A DNA stretch of 64,000 bases, from NCBI GenBank assembly GCA_043228905.1, contig JBHGNT010000012.1, positions 124,001 to 188,000 of the forward strand. Direction: 5' to 3'. Positions 25,301 through 37,272 of this stretch are shown here, piece by piece. Numbering within the stretch: position 1 is the stretch's first letter; each line of letters begins with the position of its first letter. Made by a program: the position numbers and the translations under genes. The notes beneath the pieces are model-generated. The model was not told where the DNA came from and ran no database searches. It was given only the letters and a program-made list of their open reading frames with translations. Source of the DNA: Azolla caroliniana. Its lineage: Eukaryota; Plantae; Polypodiophyta.

Positions 25301-27553
25301 ACTGGTGGAAATTTGTAGGTTGTTGATGTCATCTCCAACTTAGAGTTATTCAGATTATACATTTTGAACCATAGTTGATTGTTGACTAGAAGGAAAATTC
25401 AAAATGCATTACCCATGGATGAAGCCTCAAGCACCAACAGTAGGTTAGATGAAAGACAAGGTACAGATAATACATTTTGAATCATAGTTGTTTGTTGACC
25501 AGAAAGAGAATTCAAAAATACATTACTCATGTGTGAGGCCTCGGGACTTGAGGCATCTGCAATAGAAATGTGTGAGTTGTGAGGTTGAATATCACACAAG
25601 ATAGACCTGTCAAGAGTCATATGACTTGTGCAAGCACTCTCCATAATCCAATGATCAAGAGAGGATACACTTCAGCTAGTCATAGGGGAAGAATTAAAGA
25701 TGACACCCTAAGAAAGTTGTTTCTTTGGCAGTACATCTAGTGTTTGATCACAATACAAACCTAGGGTTGGTTGAGGATGGCTTTGTGGAATCATCCCTTT
25801 CATTTTCTAGCAATCAGGTTGGATGTGGACTTAATTATCCCAATAGCGATAAGTAAGATCTTTATGGGCTGGATTGTTGGTTGGTTTTGAAGAAGATTTA
25901 TTAATGTTAGGAGATGCATTCTATTTGCCTTTGCCTTTATAATAGAGAAGATGCTACCTGTATCCAACGTCTTTGCCAATTACGGTAGGAAGATATACAC
26001 AAATACCTCTAGAAGAAAGAATTTGCCAATTATGTCATCAAGGAGTGGAATCCGAAGCACACTATGTTTGACACTGTAGTGTCTTTTATGAAATCAGAGG
26101 GAGATGCCATTGCCTCTTTAAACAAGGCTTTGGCCCGCTACGTAAGGTAATGGAATATTAGGACCAATGGTGCCTAGGTCTTTTCTACTAGAACTCAAGA
26201 GACAGAGGGAAGCATTTGTAGTGTGATAGGGTAGCTCAAGACTTCTTCAAATCAGTTAGAGATTGAGATAGGAAAATATGCATGCAAATCTATTGAAGAA
26301 TAAATCTGCCAATTACGCCATTGGGAGTGAAACTGGAAAGCATTAAGTTAGTCATGGCTTTGGTTTTTAGTTTTAAAAAAAGGAGGGAGATACCATTGCC
26401 TTTTTAAACAAAGTTTTGACCCAGTACAGAAGGTCAAGTGTGTTTAGGATTGTTCTCACAAGAATTCAAGAGACATAGTGAGAAGTTGTTGACGGACAAC
26501 AACACAGCCACAACAGCTTATCGATGAAGGGCCATTACAGCTTGATTTTTCTCCATCACTCAATGCTACAAGTCAATCAGTTGGCTACACATGTGGAGTC
26601 TTGGCCAGGACACTTGAATGGGGTTAAATAGATCGGGCAATAGCAAATTGTCTTGTAGGTAGGCTCCAGCCATCTAGGCCACAGCATCTATCACCTTTGT
26701 AAGAACTAGAAGATAGAACGAAAGTTTTCTGAAATACTTAAAGGCAAAGATATAGAAACCAAAAACAAATATGGGGTTTCACACATAGAAAAGATTAAAG
26801 AAAGCAGAAGCAGATCTGCAAAATAAAAGGCCACTACTTAAAAAGCAATGTACAAGGTAGAAGTGCCCCATCTGCTCTCAGCCTGACCCACATGAATTGA
26901 CCAGTCTCATCTCTATGAAAAATGTGGGTCAGAGGTTCTAACTCCTCTGTGAAAAGCAATGAAACTCCACTAGCCCAGTGATCCCCCCATATGTTGTCTG
27001 CAAGTGAGCTCCCATATGTATCCTATATCATTCTCGGAGGAGGATTACCCGATGCATCTCGACATAAGTTTACCAGAGATTTTGTTAGCATGTCTAATTG
27101 GAGAGAATGAGGAGTGAGTGTATACCTGGGATAGGGGAACATGTCGAGGACATAGAATTTAGGCTTTGAAGTGTCGACGGTGTCAGGAGTGTGGAACGTC
27201 TGGTTGGCTTCCCAGAAATGTTGCCATTTCTGTTCGATGACATGGAAGGGATAAGCTTTTCTGAGAGGAAGCAATGGAGTAGTTGGGCCACTTTCGGCGT
27301 CAGTTGAGGAAGTGGCGATGCTACAGAAGAGAGTGCGGCTTGACGTCCTTCTTCTTCTCCCACCGAACTGCTGGAACAACAAGTTGCAGCTAGTTGTGGC
27401 CTTGCAAGGTCGTGAGAGGATATTGAGGCAGTAAAGGGGACGCCTGAGGAGGAAAGAGGTGCAGCAGTTGAGGGAGGAGCTCAACATGCCGCCTTCCTGC
27501 AGGTGCTGCCAAGCTGGGATACTACTGCTCGCCATAGCCATAGCCATAGCCAT
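4352..27553 (-). CDS. EMB2369: Leucine--tRNA ligase (LeuRS), chloroplastic/mitochondrial type, 20 exons, ~980 aa
   Basis: Exons assembled by eye, all GT-AG and phase-consistent: 27126-27553, 23594-23738, 23440-23496, 15177-15296, 14689-14793, 14328-14545, 14153-14219, 13926-14080, 9954-10218, 9629-9823, 8487-8566, 8323-8385, 8153-8234, 7440-7517, 7251-7352, 5476-5648, 5093-5273, 4932-5009, 4678-4809, 4352-4570 (2943 nt total). Motifs: MFPYPSG.GLHVGH (HIGH), [17 protein letters not shown] and [12 protein letters not shown] (editing domain), [14 protein letters not shown]-terminal QINGKTRG. Ser/Arg-rich N-terminal transit-peptide-like extension. The symbol is that of the presumed Arabidopsis orthologue. 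Confidence 0.95.
5847..6004. repeat. Two-unit duplication, period ~93 bp
   Basis: ATCTAATTAG...CATAACACTTACTCAATGTGA at 5847 and 5940. Confidence 0.85.
7712..8042. repeat. Two-unit tandem duplication, period ~172 bp
   Basis: GATCAC..TATAATGTAAAGCT..GTGGCATCTGGTAAATTAGTGCA at 7729 and 7901. Confidence 0.9.
10500..11350 (+). mobile_element. Probable decayed LINE fragment in LeuRS intron 8
   Basis: Broken Trp-rich reading frames only; no decisive motif. Confidence 0.3.
13442..13698. repeat. Two-unit tandem duplication, period ~129 bp
   Basis: AACCTCCATCTTG...TTTTTCTGTCAGA.TGTTACTC at 13442 and 13571. Confidence 0.9.
15403..15593 (-). repeat. 3' LTR of the intronic Copia (191 bp)
   Basis: Direct repeat of 20322-20512, next to the PPT. 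Confidence 0.95.
15601..20070 (-). pseudogene. Copia gag-pol polyprotein interrupted by one in-frame TAG (19513-19515)
   Basis: ORFs 19513-20070 and 15601-19476 are in frame and 12 codons apart. Zinc knuckle [14 protein letters not shown], protease WIIDSGAS, integrase [30 protein letters not shown], RNase H CDSDWA. Confidence 0.92.
20233..20308 (-). repeat. About 3 copies of a 23-bp tandem repeat in the Copia 5' leader
   Basis: Units GATCTAGGGTT(C/T)TGCAGAGGACA, containing AACCCTAG on the element strand. Confidence 0.85.
20322..20512 (-). repeat. 5' LTR of the intronic Copia (191 bp)
   Basis: Direct repeat of 15403-15593, directly abutting the PBS. Confidence 0.95.
21085..23291 (+). mobile_element. 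Degenerate RTE-like LINE in LeuRS intron 3
   Basis: RT motifs [22 protein letters not shown] and LLYAND; Cys-rich C-terminal remnant; 3' end with a (CTATT)-type tail. A homologous minus-strand copy lies at ~59790-60400. Confidence 0.7.
21576..22030. mobile_element. Solo LTR (455 bp) inserted in a LINE RT
   Basis: TG...GA ends (probably a decayed CA); TSD GTTTT (21571-21575, 22031-22035); partial homologue at ~26698-26866. Confidence 0.75.
23714..23940. repeat. Two-unit tandem duplication, period 114 bp, covering the LeuRS exon-2 acceptor
   Basis: GTGTCCAACATGAAGACCTG...AGAAAGAAAG at 23714 and 23828. Confidence 0.9.
24380..25950 (-). mobile_element. Degenerate Copia internal fragment (zinc knuckle/protease/integrase) in LeuRS intron 1
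   Basis: [56 protein letters not shown]. Confidence 0.7.
25985..26690 (+). mobile_element. Two adjacent RTE-like LINE 3'-end fragments
   Basis: [18 protein letters not shown] motif at ~26010, with a more decayed copy at ~26295; homologous to ~55465-55553. Confidence 0.65.
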
Positions 27554-27899
27554 AGCTGCTCACTCACTCGTGGACATTAATTCATTCATTATTCATATAT
27601 CTATGTACATATATCATCATCATCATCATCTCTGTGTGGTCGGTCGGTCACGCAGACCAAAATACATGAACATACATATGTACATACATTCTTCATTTCT
27701 TTCTTATCTATCTAGTATCTAGTCAAGGGAGTTTATTAAGAAGTTTTACAAGAGAACCATTTCAAATGCAAGTGGGCGGGCAATCACACACAAGAATCAA
27801 CCAAACTCGTTAGTACGGCTCTTTTATTGACACAACTATCAATAATTATTGACATAAAAGAGTTGATAGTTGTGTCAATATCTTGGCTTGTGAGATTTC

Positions 27900-29240
27900 A
27901 AACCTCCAACGCCTATGTTAGAAACAAGATGCTTCAAATTATTGAGCAAGGAACGATATATAACGTAAAATAACAACCAAGCAAGCAAGGATACACAGGT
28001 ATGAATGAATGTATGATTTATCTTGAGCTTTTTAAGATATATTGTGTGCCTATAAGAGATTTGTTGAAGTTGGGGAGATATTTACAAGGGACACAATTGC
28101 ATGTGAAGGAATTTAAGGGGAGATTGTGGAACATTCAAAAGCTAAAACATGGTGGCGAATAATGTGTCTTGTTGAAAGGAAAGTAGGGCAAGACAATCAA
28201 AGTGTTATCATAAACTCAAAGTCACGAAGATACACATGGCAAACATTTGGTGTTTGGCAATGCCTCTTATTAAATTTTGAAGGTGAAACTCCATCATGGG
28301 TTGTCTCTAATTAGTAGAAGATATTATCTTAAAAAATAATTCGCATTGGGTAGGAGACATAGGAGTGAGAGGAAGTGAATTGTTGGAGGTGATTGTCAAC
28401 GAAGTATGCCATGATCCACACAAAATGCCCAACCATGGGCATCACATTGAAAAGTTGACTAGTTGAGAGTGAAGCACACCTTTGGTGAGCATTGTGAAAA
28501 TCTTACCATGTTCATCTATGTGGAAGAGGATAGAAGGTGGGACTGGTGGATATGTAGCCAAGAGTCAATTGAACAATTTATCAATGACGCAACCATCTAA
28601 TTAAGGTTAACCCTCCAAGGTGGTTATTTATTGGGGGGCTTCAAAAGGAAGTTTTGAACCTAATGAGCTTGACCCAACTCTAGGGACACAATTATCAATC
28701 AAGTTGTTGGTTGTCAACATACAACATTGGGTATAAGAGCATATCAAATTGTTGTTCAATGGAACTTCAAGGTAGAAGTGCAAGAGATGTGTGATGAGGG
28801 GTAGTTCAAAAAGCTCATGGTAATAAGCAAGCGGAACAACAAAATGTTTGTTGTTGTCCTCGCTCCATTTTGTCCACATATTCCGGGAGTGTGCCATTGA
28901 GCTTGAACCAATAATTGGCCATAAAAACAATTGGCATTGAAGCTTTGGATGAATAATTAGAGCTTGAGTTTCACAATGTGAAGATGAGGATGACAATTGT
29001 TGGTGGAGGGGTCCGTCAATGAGAGGAATGTCCTTAAGCAAAAAATTTACTAATGTAGGTTCCAAATGATGAAAAACAATGTGTTATGCGTGATGCTTGC
29101 AAGTGGGGTTGTGGTTTGTGTCTGATTTGCGGAAATGGGTGTCAAGGACGTGTAATCTTGACTCACAACATGTGGGATGTTGAGTGAAATGAATATGAAG
29201 GGAGGTGGGGATGTGCGGTGAACATTGTTAGAGATGAGGC
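27900..29240 (-). mobile_element. Highly decayed retroelement remnant, probably Gypsy integrase-derived
   Basis: Faint similarity to the integrase blocks HG.P..I.S and TF.P..D; no clean ORF. Confidence 0.3.
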
Positions 29241-31667
29241 TGTCGAAGCGGAACCATAAACAACATCTTAGTATGAAGACCAACCACTTTCACGACAAAT
29301 ATTAGCAAGCAACTTAACAATGATCAAGATCAAAACAGAGTACGAGAGAGAGAAACAGAGAGGCACAAACATACAAACGGTATTATTCAAATGGCAACCT
29401 CAACAACTACATTACTAAAAGTCAATTTAAATACTAACAGACTTAGGGTAACTTCCCTTTCCAATAATTACAATTATGGCCTAAACCTAGTATGTCAAAG
29501 GGGACAATGTGAATACGTCCATAATGTACTTGTATTCGACACTCCCCCATAATGGGCGTATAAAACAAAAATATGTAAAAAATAATGAATTGAAATACAA
29601 ATTTATATAAGGTTCTTGGATAAGTCAGCTTTTGTCTGAATCGACAATGTCCAGAAACAAGAAGCCAAATTGGTTGTGTTCATTGCCGAATCTCATAATG
29701 TTGATTCTAAATGCTTGAAACCATCTTGAATGTCCGACTCAATCGGATTGATTTCTCTTAACGCCTATCTGGTGGTGAAGAGACCAGAAACTGTTTGTCG
29801 GCAGACATTTGGTCATCCCATTTGCGACATTATCGGTTGTCGATATTTTCTTGAGGCCGATTTTCTCATAAATGACGTAGTTCCGAACAAAATGATATCT
29901 TACGTCTATATGCTTTGAGGCGTTGTGATGGACCGGATTTCGTGACAAAGCGACGACGCCTTGATTGTAGTTGTAGACAACTGGAGCCGAATCAGAGCTT
30001 CCTTTGCCATGTTGGACGCAATTATGTATTCGATTTCGATGGTTGAGGTCACCGTGCATTCCTGGAGTTTCGACTTCCAAGAGATTGCTCTATTGCCAAA
30101 TTTAAAGTAATATTCGGTTGTCGATTTCCGACCGTCTAAGCAACCAGCAAAGTCCTAGTCAATATAATTGACTACGCTTGAAGTCTCGTTCAAGCCGAAT
30201 AGGATGTTGTATTTTTTTGTGCCTACCAAATATCTGAACACATGCTTCATTGTGTTCCAATGCACTTGATCGGGATTGTGCATGAATCTGCTGATGACTC
30301 CTATGACAAGGGCTAAGTTTGGCAATGTTGCAACCATTGCATACTTCAAGGAGATGCTTCATAGTTTCCCCCTCTCGGACCAGATGTTGGGCAGTCCCTT
30401 TGAGATAGTCGAAGGATATTTGGAGGAGGGGTCAAAACAGATTTGATTGATTGCATGTTGAAGCATTCTAAGACATGTCCAATATAGATGGCTTGAGACT
30501 GAAATAGTTGTCATAGTCATCGATTTCGAATCCGACTTATTTTCATCCCCAAAATGTGTCTTATTGGGCCGAGGTCCTTCATGGAAAACTTCAACCACAG
30601 TTGCCGAACGAGTTCGGCGAGCTCTCCAACATACTGGTCGAAGAGTAGCATGTCATCCACATAGATGATGAGGAAGATGGGTCACCCATCTTCAGTTATT
30701 TTGGTGAAGAGGTTGTGGGCCTCATTGCTCTCGAAGAAGCTGACCGATTGGATGAAGTCATCGAACTTCTTGTACCACCGTTGGGGTGTCTGCTTCAGGC
30801 AGTATAAACTCTTCAAGAATCTATAGACTAGATGCTCTTGGCCAGATACCACAAATCCTTTCAGTTTCTCCATATAAATCTCTTCCTCTAGGTCACCATG
30901 GAGGAAGGTAGTTTTGACATCTAGGTAAATTAGTTCTAGTCCTTGGTTGCCATGACATTGAGCATAAAGCGAAGGGTTGTCATTTTCCTCACTGGTGAAA
31001 AGATTTTGTCGAAATCAACGCCATATTCCAATTAGAACCCTTTTGCTACTAATCTAGCCTTCAATTTTGGGTTGATTGGATTAGACGTCTCTTTTAATCT
31101 GTAGACCCATTTGCATGGAAGGGCACGTCAATTTTTCGAGAGTTCAACCAGGTCCCAAGTCTTATTTTGCCAAATGGAGTTCATCCCTTACTCCATCGCC
31201 AGATGCCATGTAGCCGAATTGGCTAATGCCGATGCTTCTTCATGTGACATCCGCTCGCCTGCGTCTGTAAAGAAATTTCTGGGAGAATATCTCTCTGGAA
31301 GCTGAGACAGTCTTTCGGATCGTCTTGGTATGATTGGGCTAGCCAAATCGGGTGTTTACATCGGATAGTCTGGAGTCGAAACGTTCAGTTGTGCCAAATC
31401 AGCTAGAGCTGATTCGGTACTAGAGGATTTGGTTACCAGTGAAGCCAACCTTATGTTTTGGGTTGGGCCATCATGAAGGGCTGACACTTCTGAAAAAGTT
31501 ACCCTTCGAACTTCAATAGGTCTTTTGGTCGTCTTGTGCATGACCGACTTGTTGAAGACAACATTCAAACTTCGGTTGACCTATCTATTCTATGGATCCC
31601 AGAGTCAGTATCCAATTTCTATGCTTGCTCCATAGCGAAGGAAAATGTATTTCCTGGACCTGGGTTC

Positions 31668-32271
31668 TGTTAGGATTTGACGCTTTCCAAACCTTCACCT
31701 CTCGGCCACAACCGAGGAAACACGAATCAATGCAGTAGAAAATCGAAGACACAGAGAGAGACTCGAATGCACAGGATTTATCGTGGAAAACCCTGGACGG
31801 GAAAAACCACGGGAGTGCAAGACTCCAACTATCACTATACGCAGGGAATGTACAATGGCGAGCTGCAAAGCGACGACCTTGAGCTCGCTGTCCTCGCCAC
31901 AGACGGCGGTATTACACAGAGGCGTCGACCTCTTCCTTTCTCTCTCTCTGCTGCTCTCACTTCGCTCCCTCTAAGTGGAAAACAGAAAGACGAGCAACAA
32001 CAAAAAACTGTTTGCCCTAAGTCATATTTATACACATATGACTTTCGGGCTATTTACAAATATAGCCTCAAGGGGCCTTGGCAAACATATTCACAAATAT
32101 GTCCCCGCATCCGGATCTCTCTCCGGGTACATTCGTCATCCGGCTCCGTAGCCGGGGTCTTCATCATCCGGATCCGGAACCGGGTCTTCATCATCCGGCT
32201 CCGGAACCGGGTCTTCATTCCCGATTCCCGGACATCCGACCATCCCATCCGGAGGGACCGTAATCCCAACA
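31668..32271 (-). repeat. 3' LTR of the Tork-like Copia (3 internal 27-28 bp repeats)
   Basis: Direct repeat of 36387-37018. Confidence 0.95.
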
Positions 32272-32281
32272 AACTCCCCCT

Positions 32282-35200
32282 TCACTTTGACATGGGATGT
32301 CTTTCCAGTCCGACCCTCTTCTGGCACGCTTCCAGCTTGTCGGGTGTGAGCACTTTGGTCAGCATATCTGACCCGTTCTCGTCCGTGTGGATCTTCGTCA
32401 GCACGAACTCCTGGTCTTCTATCCTTTCCCGGATCCAGTGATATCTTCGCTGGATATGCTTCGTCCGGGAGTGATAGGCCGCGTTCTTCGCAAGGTGGAT
32501 GGCACTCTGACTGTCGCAGTAGAGTCGGTACTCCTCCTGCCGGATACCGAGCTCTCTAATGAAGTCCTTCATCCATATTATTTCCTTGCCGGCTTCAACA
32601 GCCGCCATGTACTCCGCCTCCGTGGTTGACAATGCAACCGTCTTCTGCAGCCTCGACTGCCACGAAACAGCTCCCCCTGCATACGTCATCACATACCCTG
32701 ATGTGGACCGGCTGGTATCTACATCAGCCGACATATCCGAATCGGTAAAGCCGTCGAGTTCGGGCTTACCGGAGCCGAATCGGAGGCACACGTTTGCCGT
32801 GCCCTTCAGGTATCGGAGTATCCACTTGGCCGCGTTCCAGTGCTCTTTGTCGGGATTGCTCATATACCGGCTCACCACTCCGACTGCATATCCTATGTCC
32901 GGTCTTGTACACACCATTGCGTACATCAAGCTTCCGACGGCAGAGGCATATGGTACTTTCATCATGTCCTCCTTCTCAGACTTTGTCTTGGGGCTTTGCT
33001 TGCTGGACAACTTGCAGTTTGCCGGGAGGGTTGACCCGACCGGTCTTGCTTCCGACATGTTGAACCGGTGAAGCACCTTTGTCACGTACTTTTCTTGTGA
33101 CAGCCACAACTGCTTCTTCTTCCGGTCCCGGATGATGTGCATCCCTAGTATTTGCCTCGCCGGACCCAAGTCCTTCATTGAGAAGGTTCGGTGAAGCGCT
33201 TTCTTCAGCATCCGTATCTTGACCTAGTCCCGTCCGACGATCAACATGTCGTCCACGTACAGGAGGAGTATTAGAAAGTCTCCTCCTTCGAACTTCTTCA
33301 CAAACACGCAGTGATCGGACTGCGTTTTGTGGTACCCTTCGTCGGTCATGAAGGAGTCGAACTTCCGGTACCATTGCCGGGGAGCCTGCTTCAGTCCGTA
33401 AAGGCTCTTCTTCAACCGGCATACCAGGTGCTCCTTCCCTTTCTTCTCGAATCCTTCCGGTTGCTGCATGTAGATCTCTTCTTCGAGGTCACCGTGAAGG
33501 AATGCCGTCTTCACATCCATCTGTTCTACCTCGAGGTCCATGCTTGCCGCTATGCTTAGCACCGTCCGGATGGAGGTCATCTTCACTACCGGGGCAAATA
33601 TCTCGTCGAAGTCGACGCCCTTCTTCTGCTGGAACCCCTTCACCACGATCCTGGCTTTGTATCTCGGGGGGTTTCCGGCATCTCCCGGTTTCAGCTTGAA
33701 CACCCACTTGTTTCGAAGTGCCCGCTTTCCTTTCGGCAACTCCACAAGTTCATATGTGTGGTTCTCATGCAGGGAATCCATCTCCTCCTGCATGGCACTT
33801 AACCACCTGCGGCTATGGGTGTCAAGCTTTGCTTCTTCAAAACTCTCCGGCTCCCCCTCGTCGGTTAGCAGCACGTGCTCTGGTTCCGGAAATCTCCGGG
33901 GGGCCCTTCTCTCTCTTAGAGGATATCTCCGTTCCGGAGCTTCGGTAACCGGCTCCTCCGTTTCCTCTTCATCCGAATCCATTCCGGGATCGGGGCCGGT
34001 TCCGGTATCAGTTTCATCTTCCTCGGCCGGTTCTGTTTCTTCACCGTCTTCGGCCGGATCCTCGAGTGCTAACCGGTCCCTTGCCGGTCGGGACTGCTCC
34101 TCGTAGAGTTGATCCTCACCGGTCGACTTGGAGCTCTTCATCTTCTTCTCCGACTCCCAGTCGGCGAGTGTCTTGTCCTCCATGAAGATGATATCACGAC
34201 TCCGGAATATCTTTTTGTCGACCGGGTCCCATACTCGGTAGCCGAACTCGTCATCGCCGTAACCGAGGAATATGCATGGCCGGGTCTTTGGATCTAGCTT
34301 TCCTCTCCGGTCCTTTGCCACATGCACATATGCGAGACACCCGAACACCTTCAGATGCCGGTAGGATACTTCCCTACCGGTCCACACTCTCTGCGGCGTG
34401 TCTCCGTCCAAAGGTACTGAGGGTGATCTGTTTATCACGTATGTCGCCGTCGACATTGCCTCAGCCCAAAACCCCTTGGGTAATTTCCCATGCGCCAGCA
34501 TACTCCGGACCCTCTCCATTATGGTCCGGTTCATCCTCTCGGCCAGCCCATTCAGTTCCGGCGTCTTCGGCACAGTAAACTCGAGCCGGATTCCCTTCGA
34601 GCAACAGTATTCCGCGAACTGCCCCCGGTATTCCCCTCCGTTATCCGCTCGTATCGCTTTCAGCTTCTTGCCGGATTCCCTTTCCACTCTCGCGTGGAGT
34701 TCTTTGAAGACGCACAACACTTGGTCCTTTGTCTTCAACGGTGCTGTCCACAGCTTCCGGCTGTGGTCATCAATGAATGTCACGAAGTACTGAGCTCCGC
34801 CATGTGACTTCGTTTCTACTTGACACACGTCAGTGTGCACCAACTCCAAGGGTGCGCTACGTCTCGTCGGTGGCCTTGAGTGGAAGGAGGTTCGGTTCTG
34901 CTTACCGGCCAGGCAATCGGTGCACTTCTCCAGGTGCACATGCTTCACTGGAATAAGGTTGTCTTCTGCAAGCCTCTTCATCCCCTTCTCACTCATGTGG
35001 CACAGTCTCTTGTGCCACAGCTCACCGGTAGTGTCGGCTGCCACGTTCAACTCCTCCGGACACAACCAGGCATTCATAAGGTACAGTGTGTTGACTTTCC
35101 GGGCCCGAGCCACTATCAGGCTCCCCTTGCTGAACTTCATTACGCAGTTCCGGATGTTACCTGTGTAGCCTTCATCGTCTAGCCTCCCGACCGAAATCAG

Positions 35201-36355
35201 GTTCAATCGAACCTCCGGAACGTGTCGGACATCCTTCAGCAACATTTTGCATCCGGTCGAGGTTGTCAACCACACGTCTCCTATGCCGGCAATCCGGCAC
35301 GTACCTTCATTTCCCATCCGAACACAGCCATGCTCACCGGCTGTGTAGGATGAGAAGTATCTTCTTTCCGGGGTCAGGTGGAACGACGCTCCGGAATCGA
35401 CCACCCAGGTAGTCTCATCGCCGGCAATGTTTAGTTCACCTTCTTCGGTGATGAGCATGATCTCCTCTTCACTTGCCGCGAGTGCCGTCGTTCCTTTCCG
35501 GTCCTGCCCTCGCCGATCCGAACCATTCCGGTCCGTGGCTCCCCGGTAAGCACCGTTCCGTTCCGAAGACTTCTTCGAATCGGTGTCGTCGGCTCCGTTG
35601 TCTTTTCGGTAATGCTGACAATTCTTTCGGAAGTGCCCCGGCTTCCCACAGTGGAAGCATGTGGGCCTTCCTCTTGACTGCGACCGGGTCCCCGACTTCT
35701 CCCGTCTTTGCGGACTCCGGTTCCGTTGTCTTCCCCGATCCGATTCGGTAAGCAGCATCTTCGGATCGGAGGCCGGTTCTTTATCTCTCCGACGCGCTTC
35801 TTCGTTCAAAATGCTTGTCTTTACCGTTTGTAGGGACAAGTTATCTTCGGTGCAGGAGGTGCTGAGAGTCACCACCAAGTTCTCCCAGCTCTCCGGCAAT
35901 GTACACATCAGCATGATGGCTTGCATTGCATCCTCCAACGGGAACTTGATCGCCGCAAGCTGGTTCACGAATCCCATGAACGTGCTTACGTGTTCCACCA
36001 TACTCTCGCCGTCCCGGTACTTGAGGTTCACTATCTTCCTCATCAGGGAGGTCCGGTTCAACGCATTCTTCCTCTCGTAGAGGCCCGACAGCTTCTGCCA
36101 CATCTCATATGCGTTGGTGTCGTTCGCCACATGTTGTAGAACGCTCACGTCGACGTATTGCCGAATGGTTGCAACGGCTTTCCGGTTCAGAAGCCTCCAT
36201 TCCGTCTCAAGTACCCCCTTGGGTATTTCCGACCTGTCGATCGGTTCATACAGGTCCCGAACAATGAGCAGATCCTCCATCTTTATCTTCCAGTCGACGT
36301 AGTTCTGCGCATTCAGCACCATCATCCCCGGCTGCCCGCTGCTGCTGCCTTCCAT
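32282..36355 (-). pseudogene. Copia gag-pol polyprotein with one in-frame TAG (33224-33226) inside RT
   Basis: ORFs 33224-36364 (first ATG at 36355) and 32282-33211 are in frame and 4 codons apart. CFHCGKPGHFRKNC, WVVDSGAS, HTDVC, ADNGGEY, LLYVDD, FTDSDM; Tnt1-like VPYASAVGSLMYAMVCTRPD. Confidence 0.92.
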
Positions 36356-36386
36356 TTTCTGCACTGCAGTCGCTCTGATACCAGAT

Positions 36387-37018
36387 TGTTAGGATTTGAC
36401 GCTTTCCAAACCTTCACCTCTCGGCCACAACCGAGGAAACACGAATCAATGCAGTAGAAAATCGAAGACACAGAGAGAGACTCGAATGCACAGGATTTAT
36501 CGTGGAAAACCCTGGACGGGAAAAACCACGGGAGTGCAAGACTCCAACTATCACTATACGCAGGGAATGTACAATGGCGAGCTGCAAAGCGACGACCTTG
36601 AGCTCGCTGTCCTCGCCACAGGCGGCGGTATTACACAGAGGCGTCGACCTCTTCCTTTCTCTCTCTCTGCTGCTCTCACTTCGCTCCCTCTAAGTGGAAA
36701 ACAGAAAGATGAGCAACAACAAAAAACTGTTTGCCCTAAGTCATATTTATACACATATGACTTTCGGGCTATTTACAAATATAGCCTCAAGGGGCCTTAG
36801 CAAACATATTCACAAATATGTCCCCGCATCCGGATCTCTCTCCGGGTACATTCGTCATCCGGCTCCGTAGCCGGGGTCTTCATCATCCGGCTCCGTAGTC
36901 GGGGTCTTCATCATCCGGATCCGGAACCGGGTCTTCATCATCCGGCTCCGGAACCGGGTCTTCATTCCCGATTCCCGAACATCCGACCATCCCATCCGGA
37001 GGGACCGTAATCCCAACA
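36387..37018 (-). repeat. 5' LTR of the Tork-like Copia (4 internal 27-28 bp repeats)
   Basis: Direct repeat of 31668-32271. Confidence 0.95.
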
Positions 37019-37272
37019 GGTTCGAGATTTCGGCTATCGACATTTGGTACGATGGTGTATGCCTTGCATCCGAAATCCTCAATTTGTCATAATTCGGCTT
37101 ATTGTCGGTCCATAATTCCAGACATATTTGAAATCCTAGAGGCCTCTATCCAAAAGCAATTCAACAGTCCGAAGTGTTAGAGCATAACAACGATTCGTTC
37201 CTGAATTGTCTGATTCATTTGTTCGGCAATTCCGTTCTACTCTAAACTAAATGGTGTCATATATTCACGTCG

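Larger units (their letters stand above)
31668..37018 (-). mobile_element. Full-length young Ty1/Copia retrotransposon (Tork/Tnt1-like), 5351 bp, GC-rich
   Basis: TG...CA LTRs at 31668-32271 (604 bp) and 36387-37018 (632 bp); TSD GGTTC (31663-31667, 37019-37023); PBS TGGTATCAGAGC (36372-36383); PPT GAAGGGGGAG. The LTRs differ by 4 transitions plus one 28-bp repeat unit. Confidence 0.96.
29241..37270 (-). mobile_element. Older degenerate Tork-like Copia, 5'-truncated, split by the young element
   Basis: Putative 3' LTR 29241-29541 with inverted termini TGTCGAA...TTCGACA and an adjacent PPT (GGGGGAG). Decayed RH (NPVHHNASKHIDVRYHFVR) and RT (KSLYCLKQTPQRWYKKFD). The integrase frame (NLEP|RSRKYIF) rejoins across the GGTTC TSD and continues at 37024-37270. 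Confidence 0.8.

Noticed and set aside
4352-27553. Bacterial-type LeuRS as recent HGT or contamination
   Set aside because: It has 19 spliceosomal introns and a transit-peptide-like N-terminus; plant organellar LeuRS is normally bacterial-type.
32135-32217. 27-28 bp repeats, and those at 41787-41880, resembling a CRISPR array or heat-shock elements
   Set aside because: The units are contiguous with no unique spacers and lie inside plant LTRs; there is no clean nGAAnnTTCn array.
31677-32441. 254-aa plus-strand ORF across the 3' LTR, with a 134-aa twin at 36396-36800
   Set aside because: It starts at TTG, is antisense to the element, is stopped early in the other LTR and has no domain. The GC-rich repeats explain the open frame.
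32387-36457. Many overlapping ORFs antisense or out of frame to gag-pol
   Set aside because: Shadow ORFs of a GC-rich coding sequence.
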